Origin: a virus
Lineage: Duplodnaviria; Caudoviricetes
Reading direction: 5' to 3' (one strand)
DNA length: 64,000 nucleotides
IMG/VR virus record: IMGVR_UViG_3300036803_000040
Span: 1-64,000 of that record
The position numbers and the translations under genes were made by a program. Below are positions 25,902-34,259 of this stretch, piece by piece. Positions within the stretch are counted from its first letter, which is position 1; the number at the start of each line of letters is the position of its first letter. The notes under the pieces are model-generated. The model worked only from the letters and a program-made list of their open reading frames with translations. It had not been told where the DNA came from and made no database searches.

Positions 25902-26788
25902 CAGAACGGGATCGTTGTCTGAGCTCGCCGGTCCGGGCCCTGCAGCAAGAACGGGACGACGAGCCCGCGCATCCGCGACGCGGCGCGATCGCCGAACACC
26001 TCCGCCCACACGTCCGGCGCGTGATTGGTCGCGATCAGCAGCGGCAGCCCCCGGTTCATCCGGTGATCGACCAGCGCGAACAGGCGATCGCGGCGCCAGT
26101 CCGTCATCCGGCCGGCGCCGAGATCATCCAGCGCGAGCACCGGCACCTCGAGCACCCGCTGCCACCGCACCTCATACGCGTCGGTGTCCATGCCGGCCTG
26201 CAGCTCATCGAACAGCTGCGAGCTCGAGCGATACAGCGCGTCGATCTTGTGGCGCTTGATCAGCACCTCGATCAGCATCGAGAGCAGATGCGTCTTGCCG
26301 CGGCCAGGCGGACCGTGCAGCGCCGGCGTCGGGATCGACGCGACGAGATCAGCCGCGTTGAAGTCGCGCAGCCATGCCCGGCACGGCTTCACGGCCTCCT
26401 GCTGCGACGTGTCCTGCGTGTCGAACCGCTCGCCGCGGAACTTGTCCGGGATCCCGCACCGCTGCAGCTGACGCTCGAGCGCCGCGGCCGGGTCGACGCG
26501 CTTGAGCGGAATCCCCGCCTCCCACCCGCACGAGTCGCAGCGAAGCAGCCACACCGGCCCGTCGCGATCGACGATGCACAGCTGGCCCTCGCAGTCGGTC
26601 GGACGCAGATACCGCGGCCGGCCGTCCGCGTCGCGCTCCCGGTCGAAATCGAAGTGCCGCATGTACGGCTCGGGCGCCGGCTCGGGCGCCGCGGGCTCGA
26701 ATCCGCGCTCCTGCAGACGAGCCTTCAGCCGGGCGAACGCGTCGCCCTGCTCGTGGCCAGACACGCCCGTTTCCGCGGTAGCGCTCAT
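25901..26788 (-). CDS. DnaC/IstB-like AAA+ helicase loader
   Basis: GPPGRGKTH, LALDDLG, LVDHRMNRGLPLLIATN; N-terminal Zn ribbon. Confidence 0.88.
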   Translation of the reverse strand: MSATAETGVSGHEQGDAFARLKARLQERGFEPAAPEPAPEPYMRHFDFDRERDADGRPRYLRPTDCEGQLCIVDRDGPVWLLRCDSCGWEAGIPLKRVDPAAALERQLQRCGIPDKFRGERFDTQDTSQQEAVKPCRAWLRDFNAADLVASIPTPALHGPPGRGKTHLLSMLIEVLIKRHKIDALYRSSSQLFDELQAGMDTDAYEVRWQRVLEVPVLALDDLGAGRMTDWRRDRLFALVDHRMNRGLPLLIATNHAPDVWAEVFGDRAASRMRGLVVPFLLQGPDRRAQTTIPF

Positions 26789-26798
26789 GCCGCCGGAA

Positions 26799-26813
26799 GA
26801 TAAGCGGGCTATC
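26799..26813. promoter_or_regulatory. 15-bp box variant GATAAG-CGGG-CTATC overlapping -10 TATCTT
   Basis: ATG 26788 is 8 nt after the -10. Confidence 0.6.
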
Positions 26814-26825
26814 GGACAGAACCAT

Positions 26826-27836
26826 CTAGAAGTTCTCCGCCGTCAACGCCTCGCCGCCGTTCCACGCCTCAGTCTGCGCCGGCGAGCTCGCCGCCTCACG
26901 GTCCTCCGGGAAGATCCCCATCGATGCGTTCTCTTTCGCGACCGCCTGCTCATTCGGCGTCAGCTCATCCCACGCCCGGCCACCACTGAACGTCGCGCTC
27001 TTCAGCCGGCCACCGTTCCCGTTCAGCGACGACAGATCCACCGGCCGGCCAGCGAGCTCGTCCGCCGCATCCTGCGCCACCTGCTCAAACACCCTCGCGT
27101 TGCCGTAGATCACCTGCGGCGTCGGCCGGCGAGCTCCCCCGTTGCGCTTCTCCCACCACCGGATCCGCCACGCCGAGCGCACCAGCCGCCGATGCTTCGC
27201 CGCATCCCACGACGGACGCTCCCGGATCCGGCCGACGATCCCCGTCAGGTTCGCGCCCAGCCCAAAGTCACTGCCAGCCTGCCGGTTGTACTCGCTCAAC
27301 GCCGCCGCCGCCACCCGCATCTCAGCCTCGGTCACCACCCTGCCGGCGACCTTCGTCTTGGCCTTCAGCAGCCCCTCGACGTCGCGCAGCATCTCAGCAT
27401 CGATGCCCTCCGCGTCTCCCTGATGATGATCCTTAGTCGTTGGACGGTTAAAGGACGGTTCGGGTGGCATAGCTGTGCCACCCCCCCCCGTGGCATTTGA
27501 GCCCCCCTCGGGTTGCAAAGTGCCACCCCCGCTCGGCTCGGGGGGTTGCAAATCGCCACCCCCGCTCTCAGCGACCGTGCGCCCGACCGGCAGCCGGTAT
27601 TTCGTCTGCCCTTTCGGGCCGAGCCCATCCTCGACCGCCCAGCCGTCAGCGACGAGCCGGCGCAGATTCCGGCGGACAGTCGACCGGTCACAACACGCAT
27701 AGACCGAGAGCGTCTCGAGGGTCGGATATGTCTCAGTGCCGTCCGGGTGAGCATGATTGGCCAGCCCCATCAGGATCACCTTCGGATTGCCGCCCAGCGG
27801 CGTCGTGAGAGCCCACGTCAGCGCTTCGATGCTCAT
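26826..27836 (-). CDS. Phage replication initiator (N-terminal HTH_36-like, lambda O-like layout)
   Basis: MSIEALTWAL...LMGLANHA...YPTLETLS...STVRRNLRRL; upstream of the loader. Confidence 0.8.
   Translation of the reverse strand: MSIEALTWALTTPLGGNPKVILMGLANHAHPDGTETYPTLETLSVYACCDRSTVRRNLRRLVADGWAVEDGLGPKGQTKYRLPVGRTVAESGGGDLQPPEPSGGGTLQPEGGSNATGGGGTAMPPEPSFNRPTTKDHHQGDAEGIDAEMLRDVEGLLKAKTKVAGRVVTEAEMRVAAAALSEYNRQAGSDFGLGANLTGIVGRIRERPSWDAAKHRRLVRSAWRIRWWEKRNGGARRPTPQVIYGNARVFEQVAQDAADELAGRPVDLSSLNGNGGRLKSATFSGGRAWDELTPNEQAVAKENASMGIFPEDREAASSPAQTEAWNGGEALTAENF
27462..27567. repeat. Iteron-like repeats and palindrome (putative origin)
   Basis: 25-bp direct repeat 27510-27534 / 27543-27567 (2 mismatches); palindrome gggtggca-tagctg-tgccaccc from 27462. 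Confidence 0.65.
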
Positions 27837-28117
27837 CGAACGAACCCCCAATTCCGGAGATCACAGAGCATCTCGGCGGCGCGCGCCGGCGTCACGCCCA
27901 CGAACTGCGCCGCGACCTCCTGCCCGACGTCGCCCGAGCCCGCAACCAGCAGCAGCATCAGCTTGTGCGCCGGCGACACACGCGCGCCCCACGCGAGCGA
28001 CATCCGATCCATCACGAGATTGTCGATACTGCCGCCAGCGTTCATCGAAAGCGGAAACGCCGGCTTCTGTCGGTCCACCTCTGTACTGTTTCCCACGTCA
28101 GTCCTCTCATTCGTCAT
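27833..28117 (-). CDS. Small HTH-like protein
   Basis: EVAAQFVGVTPARAAEMLCDLRNWGFV. Confidence 0.55.
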   Translation of the reverse strand: MTNERTDVGNSTEVDRQKPAFPLSMNAGGSIDNLVMDRMSLAWGARVSPAHKLMLLLVAGSGDVGQEVAAQFVGVTPARAAEMLCDLRNWGFVR

Positions 28118-28171
28118 CGGGGAATTGACCTACACGCCGCTCACACGGCGTCTCTCCTCCTCAGAGAGTCC

Positions 28172-28202
28172 AGCGGGCCCGGCTTTCCCAGCCGGGCCCG
28201 CT
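28172..28202 (-). terminator. GC-rich hairpin
   Basis: Perfect 13-bp stem agcgggcccggct/agccgggcccgct; no U-tract. Confidence 0.6.
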
Positions 28203-28213
28203 CACGTTACGCC

Positions 28214-28735
28214 CTAAGCAGCCTTGATCCCACGCTTATCGAACACGGCCGCGAGCATGTCCATCCCCTGCTCGCTGTCCGCCGGCGCGATGACCTTCGC
28301 CGCGATATGCGTCTCGACCACCACCTTCGTGACCTTCTCGTCGTCGTCGCGCGTCGGGACGATCGACGTCTTGCCGACCCGGCCGCGAGTGATGACCAGC
28401 ACGTCGTCATCGAACCCGACCAGCGCGCCGGCGCCCTTGAGCCGCTTGCCGCCGAACACGAACGCATGCTCGACCGGGATCCCGCGGGAGATCAGCGTGC
28501 CGAGCGTGACCTTGCGGCCCTGCTCCCACACGAACAGCTGCCCGTCGTCCTCCTCGCCCACCGGCTCCTGATCATCGATCGCCTGGCCACGCTTGCCGCC
28601 CATCGCGGCCGCGGCCTCCTCGTCGCTCTCCTGAGCTCGGCGAGCTCGAGCCATCGCCAGCTGATCAGCCTCGACCTGCGCAGCATCCGGCTCGCCGTCC
28701 TTCGCCTTCGGGGTAATGCCGTTCTCGTCTGCCAT
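28214..28735 (-). CDS. Hypothetical protein
   Basis: AGGAGG RBS, MADENG... Confidence 0.65.
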   Translation of the reverse strand: MADENGITPKAKDGEPDAAQVEADQLAMARARRAQESDEEAAAAMGGKRGQAIDDQEPVGEEDDGQLFVWEQGRKVTLGTLISRGIPVEHAFVFGGKRLKGAGALVGFDDDVLVITRGRVGKTSIVPTRDDDEKVTKVVVETHIAAKVIAPADSEQGMDMLAAVFDKRGIKAA

Positions 28736-28743
28736 CAGTCCTC

Positions 28744-29274
28744 CTACTGAGAGTGCCCGCGTTCCCCACGGACCGGGTGCTCCCTCAGCACGAAATCCGA
28801 CGCCCACCGCGTCCCCGCCAGCTCGTCGAGCTCCCGACAGAACTCCCAGACCGACGCCGGCAACGCCGTGTGCGGCACTCGCACCCGTCGCGCTCCGTGC
28901 TCATGTCGCTCGTGAACGTCTGTTCGTAGGAGAACGCCGTTGCGGGGATCCCAGACACGCCCATAAAGCCCCCGAGCGCGAAGCTCACGCTTCGGGAGAC
29001 AATGGTGGGCATGAAAGTCGGGATCGTCAGCATCACGTGCTCGGGAACCGGTGATGATGCACTCGCCGCCGGACGCCTCGAACACCTGTACCCGCCACTC
29101 CGCCGGCGACAGCGGGCCCTCCACCGGCCGCTGCTTGCGTTTCCGGGGCATCGGTGAGCGCTCGAGCTCGCGCCGGCCACGGTTCAGAAACTCCCGCACC
29201 TTCTCAGCGTCGGCCTTCAGCCCCGACTTGCGCTCGAGCCCCTTGCCGCGCTTCAGCGGCTTTCCCCGCTTCAT
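28744..29274 (-). CDS. HNH-like endonuclease
   Basis: HAHHCLPK...WDPRNGVLLRTDVHERHE; basic N-terminus. Confidence 0.65.
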   Translation of the reverse strand: MKRGKPLKRGKGLERKSGLKADAEKVREFLNRGRRELERSPMPRKRKQRPVEGPLSPAEWRVQVFEASGGECIITGSRARDADDPDFHAHHCLPKRELRARGLYGRVWDPRNGVLLRTDVHERHEHGARRVRVPHTALPASVWEFCRELDELAGTRWASDFVLREHPVRGERGHSQ

Positions 29275-29495
29275 CGCAGGTAGGTGCCGTCGGCGGTCAG
29301 CCGCCACCTATGCGACGTCTTGAGCTCACGAGCCCCGCGCTGGCCGGCGTCCAGCGGCCGGTAGCCCCGCGGCATCGAGCGGCACCGCTTGCCCTTCGGC
29401 GCCCCGCACTTAGGGCACGCCACCCGCTCGTGCACGGTCGCCACCCGCTCCTCGAGCTCGCGAGCGGCGCGGGCCATCTCCTCCTCGATACTCAC
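29271..29495 (-). CDS. Small zinc-finger protein
   Basis: VACPKCGAPKGKRCRS...H..R. Confidence 0.65.
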   Translation of the reverse strand: MSIEEEMARAARELEERVATVHERVACPKCGAPKGKRCRSMPRGYRPLDAGQRGARELKTSHRWRLTADGTYLR

Positions 29496-30766
29496 GCCGG
29501 CGCTCGAGCGTGCTTGCGCGGCTTGACGCCCCGCTCAGCCTTCGCCCTGGCCGTCGACTCGCGCATCGCCTCCATCAGCTGCGCGTCGAGATCAGCGTGG
29601 CCACCACGATCTGAGTCATCCGGCGTGAAGAAACCGAACCGCCGGCCCCCGCCCTTGATCGTGTACCAGCCGATCACCTGCCGGCCCTTCGCCCACCGCA
29701 CCGGCACCGGTGGAGCTCCCGCATCGATCAGCCCCTTCAGCCCCTCCCGCGCCATCTTCTCGATCCGCTTGGCGACCTGCATGCGAGCCGCCCACATCGG
29801 CGCCGTCTGCTCTGAGACAGCGCCCCCGTTGGCCACCCGCACCTCCTCCTCGATCGGGCAGGCCGTCGGCTTGTTACAGAACCCGCAGTGCTTGCCCGGC
29901 TGCGGCTTCCACCACTGCAGCGCGTCCATGTCGACGTAGCCGTCAGCGTCAGGCTTGAGGTTCGGCCGGCCCTGCGCGAGAGCTCGATCGAGCGCGTGCA
30001 CCACCGCGGCGATCTCCTGCTCGACGTCCTCCATCTGATGCCGATGGATCGTCGCCTTGCGGACCTTCGTCTTGCGCGGGTAGAACTCCCGGAGCGTCAC
30101 CCGGTTGATATTGCGGTAGTTGCGCATCACGAGATAGCCATACCAGCGCTGCTGGAAATAGCCGTGATAACTCAGCCCCTTGAGCTCCTCATCGTCATAG
30201 CCCTTCGGCTCGGTGTCCTTCGGCTCGGGTGGCAGCCCAAACGTGTCCTTCCAATCGATCACGACCGCCCCGTCCGGCGGATCGAACAGCAACGCGTCCA
30301 GCGTGCCGGTGATCGTCCGCCGGCGCACCTCCCCGTTGTCGTCCGCATAGGCGATCTCCGCCTCGAGCTTGCGTTCGATGTCGACGATCCGACCCGTCGA
30401 GAACGTGTTGTCCTTCGCGAACTTGTCCACCGACATCCGCAGCTCGGGCATCTGACGCATCGGCACCCGCACGATGTCCTCCGCCGGCACGTTGCGCTGA
30501 TGGCAGACCTCGAGCAGAATCGCGAGCGCTTCCTTGCGCGGGATCGTGGTCACCTCCTGCGCCTGCATCGTGCGCAGGATCTCCGCCGCGGTGCGGTGAA
30601 AGATTGTCCCGCGCGCCTGCGGCGTCGTTGACCACCCGTTCGCGTAGCGCATCGCGAACCATGCGCTCAGCGGACAGTCGTCATAGTTCGACGCGAGCGA
30701 CTGCCGGACCGTCGGCCACAGCTCGAGCACCTTCTCAAAGCTGACCGGCTGCTCGGGCGCCCTCAC
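29492..30766 (-). CDS. PD-(D/E)XK exonuclease, Cas4/AddB-like with 4-Cys staple
   Basis: YDDCP, RGTIFH, GTLD...IDWK, QxxxY, HCGFCNKPTACP. Confidence 0.85.
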   Translation of the reverse strand: MRAPEQPVSFEKVLELWPTVRQSLASNYDDCPLSAWFAMRYANGWSTTPQARGTIFHRTAAEILRTMQAQEVTTIPRKEALAILLEVCHQRNVPAEDIVRVPMRQMPELRMSVDKFAKDNTFSTGRIVDIERKLEAEIAYADDNGEVRRRTITGTLDALLFDPPDGAVVIDWKDTFGLPPEPKDTEPKGYDDEELKGLSYHGYFQQRWYGYLVMRNYRNINRVTLREFYPRKTKVRKATIHRHQMEDVEQEIAAVVHALDRALAQGRPNLKPDADGYVDMDALQWWKPQPGKHCGFCNKPTACPIEEEVRVANGGAVSEQTAPMWAARMQVAKRIEKMAREGLKGLIDAGAPPVPVRWAKGRQVIGWYTIKGGGRRFGFFTPDDSDRGGHADLDAQLMEAMRESTARAKAERGVKPRKHARAPA

Positions 30767-31896
30767 AGCAGCGAGCCCTGATCCGGGTTGCGGACCGCCT
30801 CGAGCTCAGACTCGACCTGCTCGAGCTCGGCGACGAGCTCGCTCGCCTCGCGCTCCTCGAGCACCGGTTCGTTCAGAGCGTCCTCGATCGTGGCCTTGCG
30901 CTTCTCGAGCCCGGCCACGCGGTCGGCGTCGACCACTACCGCGTCCTGCACGCTCTCCGCCTCGCTCGCGGCCGCTGGCGGGCTCTCCGGGCCCGGCGCA
31001 TGCTCACCGTCCACCACCTCCTCCGCCGGCTCAGACGCCCGCGCAGCGTCCACCTCCGCCTCGAGCCGGTCGGCGATCGCCTCGAGCTCCTCCGTGGAGC
31101 GGCCGGCCATCACCAGCTCGCACTTCGCCGGTGACCACTTCGCCGCGGCGCTGGCCAGCGCCAGCCGTTCCCGCAGCTTCGCGTCGGCGGCGAGCTCGGC
31201 GAAATCGAACGGCTGCGCGCCCTCGCCGGCGGACGGCAGCGACGCCGGCCCCATCTCCTGCATCTGCTGCACCCGCGGGATCTCCCCATCAGAGAGCACG
31301 TGGCCGAGATTCAGCCGCTTACGGCCCGCGCCGATCATCGCGCACTTCTCCATCATCGCCGACTCCTGATTGCCCCACGGCGACTTCTCGAACTTCCAAT
31401 CCTGATCGAACACGGGCGCGTACTCATCCCACCGGGCATAGAAGAATGCCGGCCGGCGCTTGGCGTCGACGTCGTGCAGGAACGCGTAGGCCCCGACGAT
31501 CTTGCCGCGGTCAGCCGACCCGTAGCTGTGCGTCACCTCGACGGTCCCGTCACGCCGGCGGTTCATCCGAAACTTGTCGTTCTCGCGGACCGTCTCGGCT
31601 TCGTAGTAGTAGCCGTGCTCGGTCGCCTTCGCGACCAGCCCGTTGCGCCCGATGTACGGCGTCCACGCCGGACCCCCGGCATCCTTGGACTTGCCCGGCA
31701 GGAAGTAAATCTCCTGAATCAGCGGGTTCAGCCCGATGCCATCGGCGACCGCCAGGCAGTAGTGAAGCTGCGGCAGCGTGATCTCTTTGCCGCGAAACAC
31801 GTTGCGCGCGACGAGCTCGACCATCTCCGCGTTCCACTGCTCGTCCGGCGCCCGCGTCAAGTCCAACGTGCGGCGCACAACAACATCAGTCGACAT
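30763..31896 (-). CDS. recT: RecT/Redbeta-like single-strand annealing protein
   Basis: GLNPLIQEIYFLP, YIGRNGL, GKIVGAYA, SPW...AMMEKCA; AGGAGG RBS. Confidence 0.85.
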   Translation of the reverse strand: MSTDVVVRRTLDLTRAPDEQWNAEMVELVARNVFRGKEITLPQLHYCLAVADGIGLNPLIQEIYFLPGKSKDAGGPAWTPYIGRNGLVAKATEHGYYYEAETVRENDKFRMNRRRDGTVEVTHSYGSADRGKIVGAYAFLHDVDAKRRPAFFYARWDEYAPVFDQDWKFEKSPWGNQESAMMEKCAMIGAGRKRLNLGHVLSDGEIPRVQQMQEMGPASLPSAGEGAQPFDFAELAADAKLRERLALASAAAKWSPAKCELVMAGRSTEELEAIADRLEAEVDAARASEPAEEVVDGEHAPGPESPPAAASEAESVQDAVVVDADRVAGLEKRKATIEDALNEPVLEEREASELVAELEQVESELEAVRNPDQGSLL

Positions 31897-31926
31897 CGAT
31901 CCTCCTAGCTCGGGGTATCCGGCGAT

Positions 31927-31941
31927 GATAACCGACTGATC
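31927..31941. promoter_or_regulatory. 15-bp box GATAAC-CGAC-TGATC overlapping -10 TATCAT
   Basis: Exact consensus at the head of the recombination/replication operon. Confidence 0.75.
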
Positions 31942-31950
31942 AGATACGAA

Positions 31951-31984
31951 AGCGGGCCCGGCCACCCTAGGAACCGGACCCGCT
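31951..31984 (-). terminator. Terminator ending the late/lysis operon
   Basis: agcggg.ccgg / ccgg.cccgct stem followed by tttcgtat on the minus strand. Confidence 0.6.
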
Positions 31985-32044
31985 CTCAAGCACCGCGCAC
32001 CCCGAGCACGCGAACGCCACTACAGAATACGGCCCAACCGGCAG

Positions 32045-32566
32045 CTAAGCCTGCGGCGCGTCCGGCCCCACCGGTGTGCCAGCCGCCGGCGGCGTGGCCG
32101 CGACCGGCGTCGGCTTCGCTGAGCTCGCCCGGACCACCTGCTGACGGTTCGTGCCGGCGCCCAGCGTGAGCGCGATACCCGACGGCTTCCACAGCAGATG
32201 ATGCGACGCCAGCGCAGCGATCACGCCAGTCATCACGAGCTGCAGGGTCGCATCGTTGAAGCCGATCACGTTCGTGGCCAGCGCCGTGTAGAGCGCCGTG
32301 GCGATCGCCGCGGCGAGCACCAGCACCGCCGCCTTGATCGGCTCAGACAGCCACGGGCCGACATGATTGAGCACGTAGGTGAACAGCGGGACGATCGCGC
32401 CGATGATCAGCGGCCATATCTGCTGCCACGGCAGCACCAGCGTCGGAGCGGACTTCGCGACCGACGCGCCGGCGGGAACGGGAGCAAAGAAGAGGCAGAA
32501 CAGGCCGAGCAGCGCGCCGGCCATGATGACCCGGAGCAGCCATCGAAGATCGAAGATCAGCGTCAC
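32045..32566 (-). CDS. Putative holin
   Basis: Several TM segments; follows the endolysin; AAAGGA RBS before GTG 32566. Confidence 0.7.
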   Translation of the reverse strand: MTLIFDLRWLLRVIMAGALLGLFCLFFAPVPAGASVAKSAPTLVLPWQQIWPLIIGAIVPLFTYVLNHVGPWLSEPIKAAVLVLAAAIATALYTALATNVIGFNDATLQLVMTGVIAALASHHLLWKPSGIALTLGAGTNRQQVVRASSAKPTPVAATPPAAGTPVGPDAPQA

Positions 32567-32580
32567 GAGGTTCCTTTCGG

Positions 32581-33525
32581 TCAGAGGTGAATCGAGGTGA
32601 GGTGATTGAGCGCCTGCCACCTAAAGCCGCGCCAGTCCGCGCCCCAGCTCGGCGGATGCTCGAAGTGTGAGACGGCCCAGACGCGCTTGCGCAGCAGCAC
32701 CAGCTGGCCCTGCAGCTGCTTGAGCTGATTCTCACTCTGCGCCCGGTGCGCCAGCAGCCGATAGAACTCGCTGACCGCCCCGCGCTCATTGATCCGGTGG
32801 CCGTTGATCACGAACACCTGATTGGGGAACCGCTCGAGGTGATGCGGATCCGCGACGGGTGGCATCGGCGTCAGGAAGCGGGAGCGCTCCGTGCGCCGGC
32901 GCGTGCGCAGCCCGGCGAGCACCGCCCCGCCGGCGACGTCGTACATCAGCATCGCGTCCGCGGCGCCGCGGTAGTTGCGGGCGCGTAGCAGCCGGCCGAT
33001 CGTCCACCCCGAGCTCATCGAGCCGGGCCCAAGGTTGTAGACGAACGAGCACAGCGCATCGAACTCGTGTTGATTGAGCGGGATCCGCAGCCCTCGGACC
33101 GCCGGCTCGCAGAACTTGGCGACGTACAGCCGCAGCCAGCCCTCAGCCTGCCCGCGGTTGCAGGTCCGCGGCAGCGGCCAGATCACCGAGCTCGTCGTGC
33201 CGTAGCCGATCGTCGGGACGCCCACCGCGTCGCGGTACTGAACCCCGGAGTAGCCCTCAAAGCCCTCGATCAGATGCAGCCCGTCAACCGAAATGTGCTG
33301 GACGGCCGCGGCCGCGGTCAGCTCGGCGAGCTCGGGCTCGATCCGCCACCGGTCAGCCTCGGTCAGCCCGTCCTCGAGATCAGGCCGGCGTGTGCTCTCG
33401 AGCGGCAGCTGCGCTGTCGCCTGCGTCTCGTCCGCCGGCGCGCCGTCCGGTGCGACGCTGCTCAGCTCCGCCTCATCGGTGGGGAGCTCGGCGGCTGTGA
33501 GCTCGGTCTGCTCGGTGACGCTCAT
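32581..33525 (-). CDS. GH24 lysozyme endolysin with acidic N-terminal extension
   Basis: LIEGFEG...YRDAVGVPTIGYG, NQHEFDALCSFVYNLG, GLRTRRRTE. Confidence 0.9.
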   Translation of the reverse strand: MSVTEQTELTAAELPTDEAELSSVAPDGAPADETQATAQLPLESTRRPDLEDGLTEADRWRIEPELAELTAAAAVQHISVDGLHLIEGFEGYSGVQYRDAVGVPTIGYGTTSSVIWPLPRTCNRGQAEGWLRLYVAKFCEPAVRGLRIPLNQHEFDALCSFVYNLGPGSMSSGWTIGRLLRARNYRGAADAMLMYDVAGGAVLAGLRTRRRTERSRFLTPMPPVADPHHLERFPNQVFVINGHRINERGAVSEFYRLLAHRAQSENQLKQLQGQLVLLRKRVWAVSHFEHPPSWGADWRGFRWQALNHLTSIHL

Positions 33526-33528
33526 CGT

Positions 33529-34209
33529 CTACACCTCCCGCTTATGGGTGCGCCGGCACACCTCGGCGGAGTGTGCGAGCACCACCTCGGTGCGACCGTC
33601 GCAGATCCCGTGAGTGACCGGCAGGTTGTGCTTGCGCTTGAAACGGACCAGCGCGCCGTGCACCTGCCGGTTGAAAGTCCAGTAGCGGCGCGGGAGATAG
33701 CCGCACGTGTGCAGCCGCGTGGTCATCATCAGCACCCGCGAGCCGCGGTCCCCGTAGACGAGCGCACTGTCGGCCGTCTCGATCACCAGCGGCGTCGAGA
33801 TCAGCCTGTCAAACCAGTGATGCGTCGCCTTCGGGCCCGGCAGCCCACCGAACGCCTCGCCGAGCTCCACCCAGCCGCCGACGGTGCCGGCCCAATTGTG
33901 GCCCTGATTGGCCAGCGACAGCGGATGCCCGAAACTGAAATGCTCGCCGGCGCTGACCAGCGCGGTTGTGTGCCCCAAGTAATACTCGTGGCCGGCCCAC
34001 GGGCCCGAGTCGATCCGGACGACGGGATAGTGCGGCCCGAACCCGTTGGGGAATGGCACGTCCTCGAGGATGCGCACCACCTCGCCGTTGCCGGGCGCCT
34101 GCACGATGCCGTCCCAATTGGTCGCGAAGTCGCGACCCTCATCGTCCCACTTCAGCTCGAAATGGTGAGCGGCGGGAAGCCAGCCGTGCGCGGGAAAGAC
34201 TGTTCTCAT
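33529..34209 (-). CDS. M23-like peptidase fold (atypical ligands) plus peptidoglycan-binding domain
   Basis: DEGRD, VQAPGNGEV, YYLGH, GWVELG; C-terminal LVYGDRGSRV...VRFKRKHNL...G. Confidence 0.65.
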   Translation of the reverse strand: MRTVFPAHGWLPAAHHFELKWDDEGRDFATNWDGIVQAPGNGEVVRILEDVPFPNGFGPHYPVVRIDSGPWAGHEYYLGHTTALVSAGEHFSFGHPLSLANQGHNWAGTVGGWVELGEAFGGLPGPKATHHWFDRLISTPLVIETADSALVYGDRGSRVLMMTTRLHTCGYLPRRYWTFNRQVHGALVRFKRKHNLPVTHGICDGRTEVVLAHSAEVCRRTHKREV

Positions 34210-34244
34210 GGCTCCGCAGTCTGGCGCACGCCCGAGACGGAAGC

Positions 34245-34259
34245 CATCACTCAGTTATC
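34245..34259. promoter_or_regulatory. 15-bp box variant (reverse) CATCA-CTCA-GTTATC
   Basis: One mismatch; at the start of the lysis cassette; overlaps stop codons so could be chance. Confidence 0.4.
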
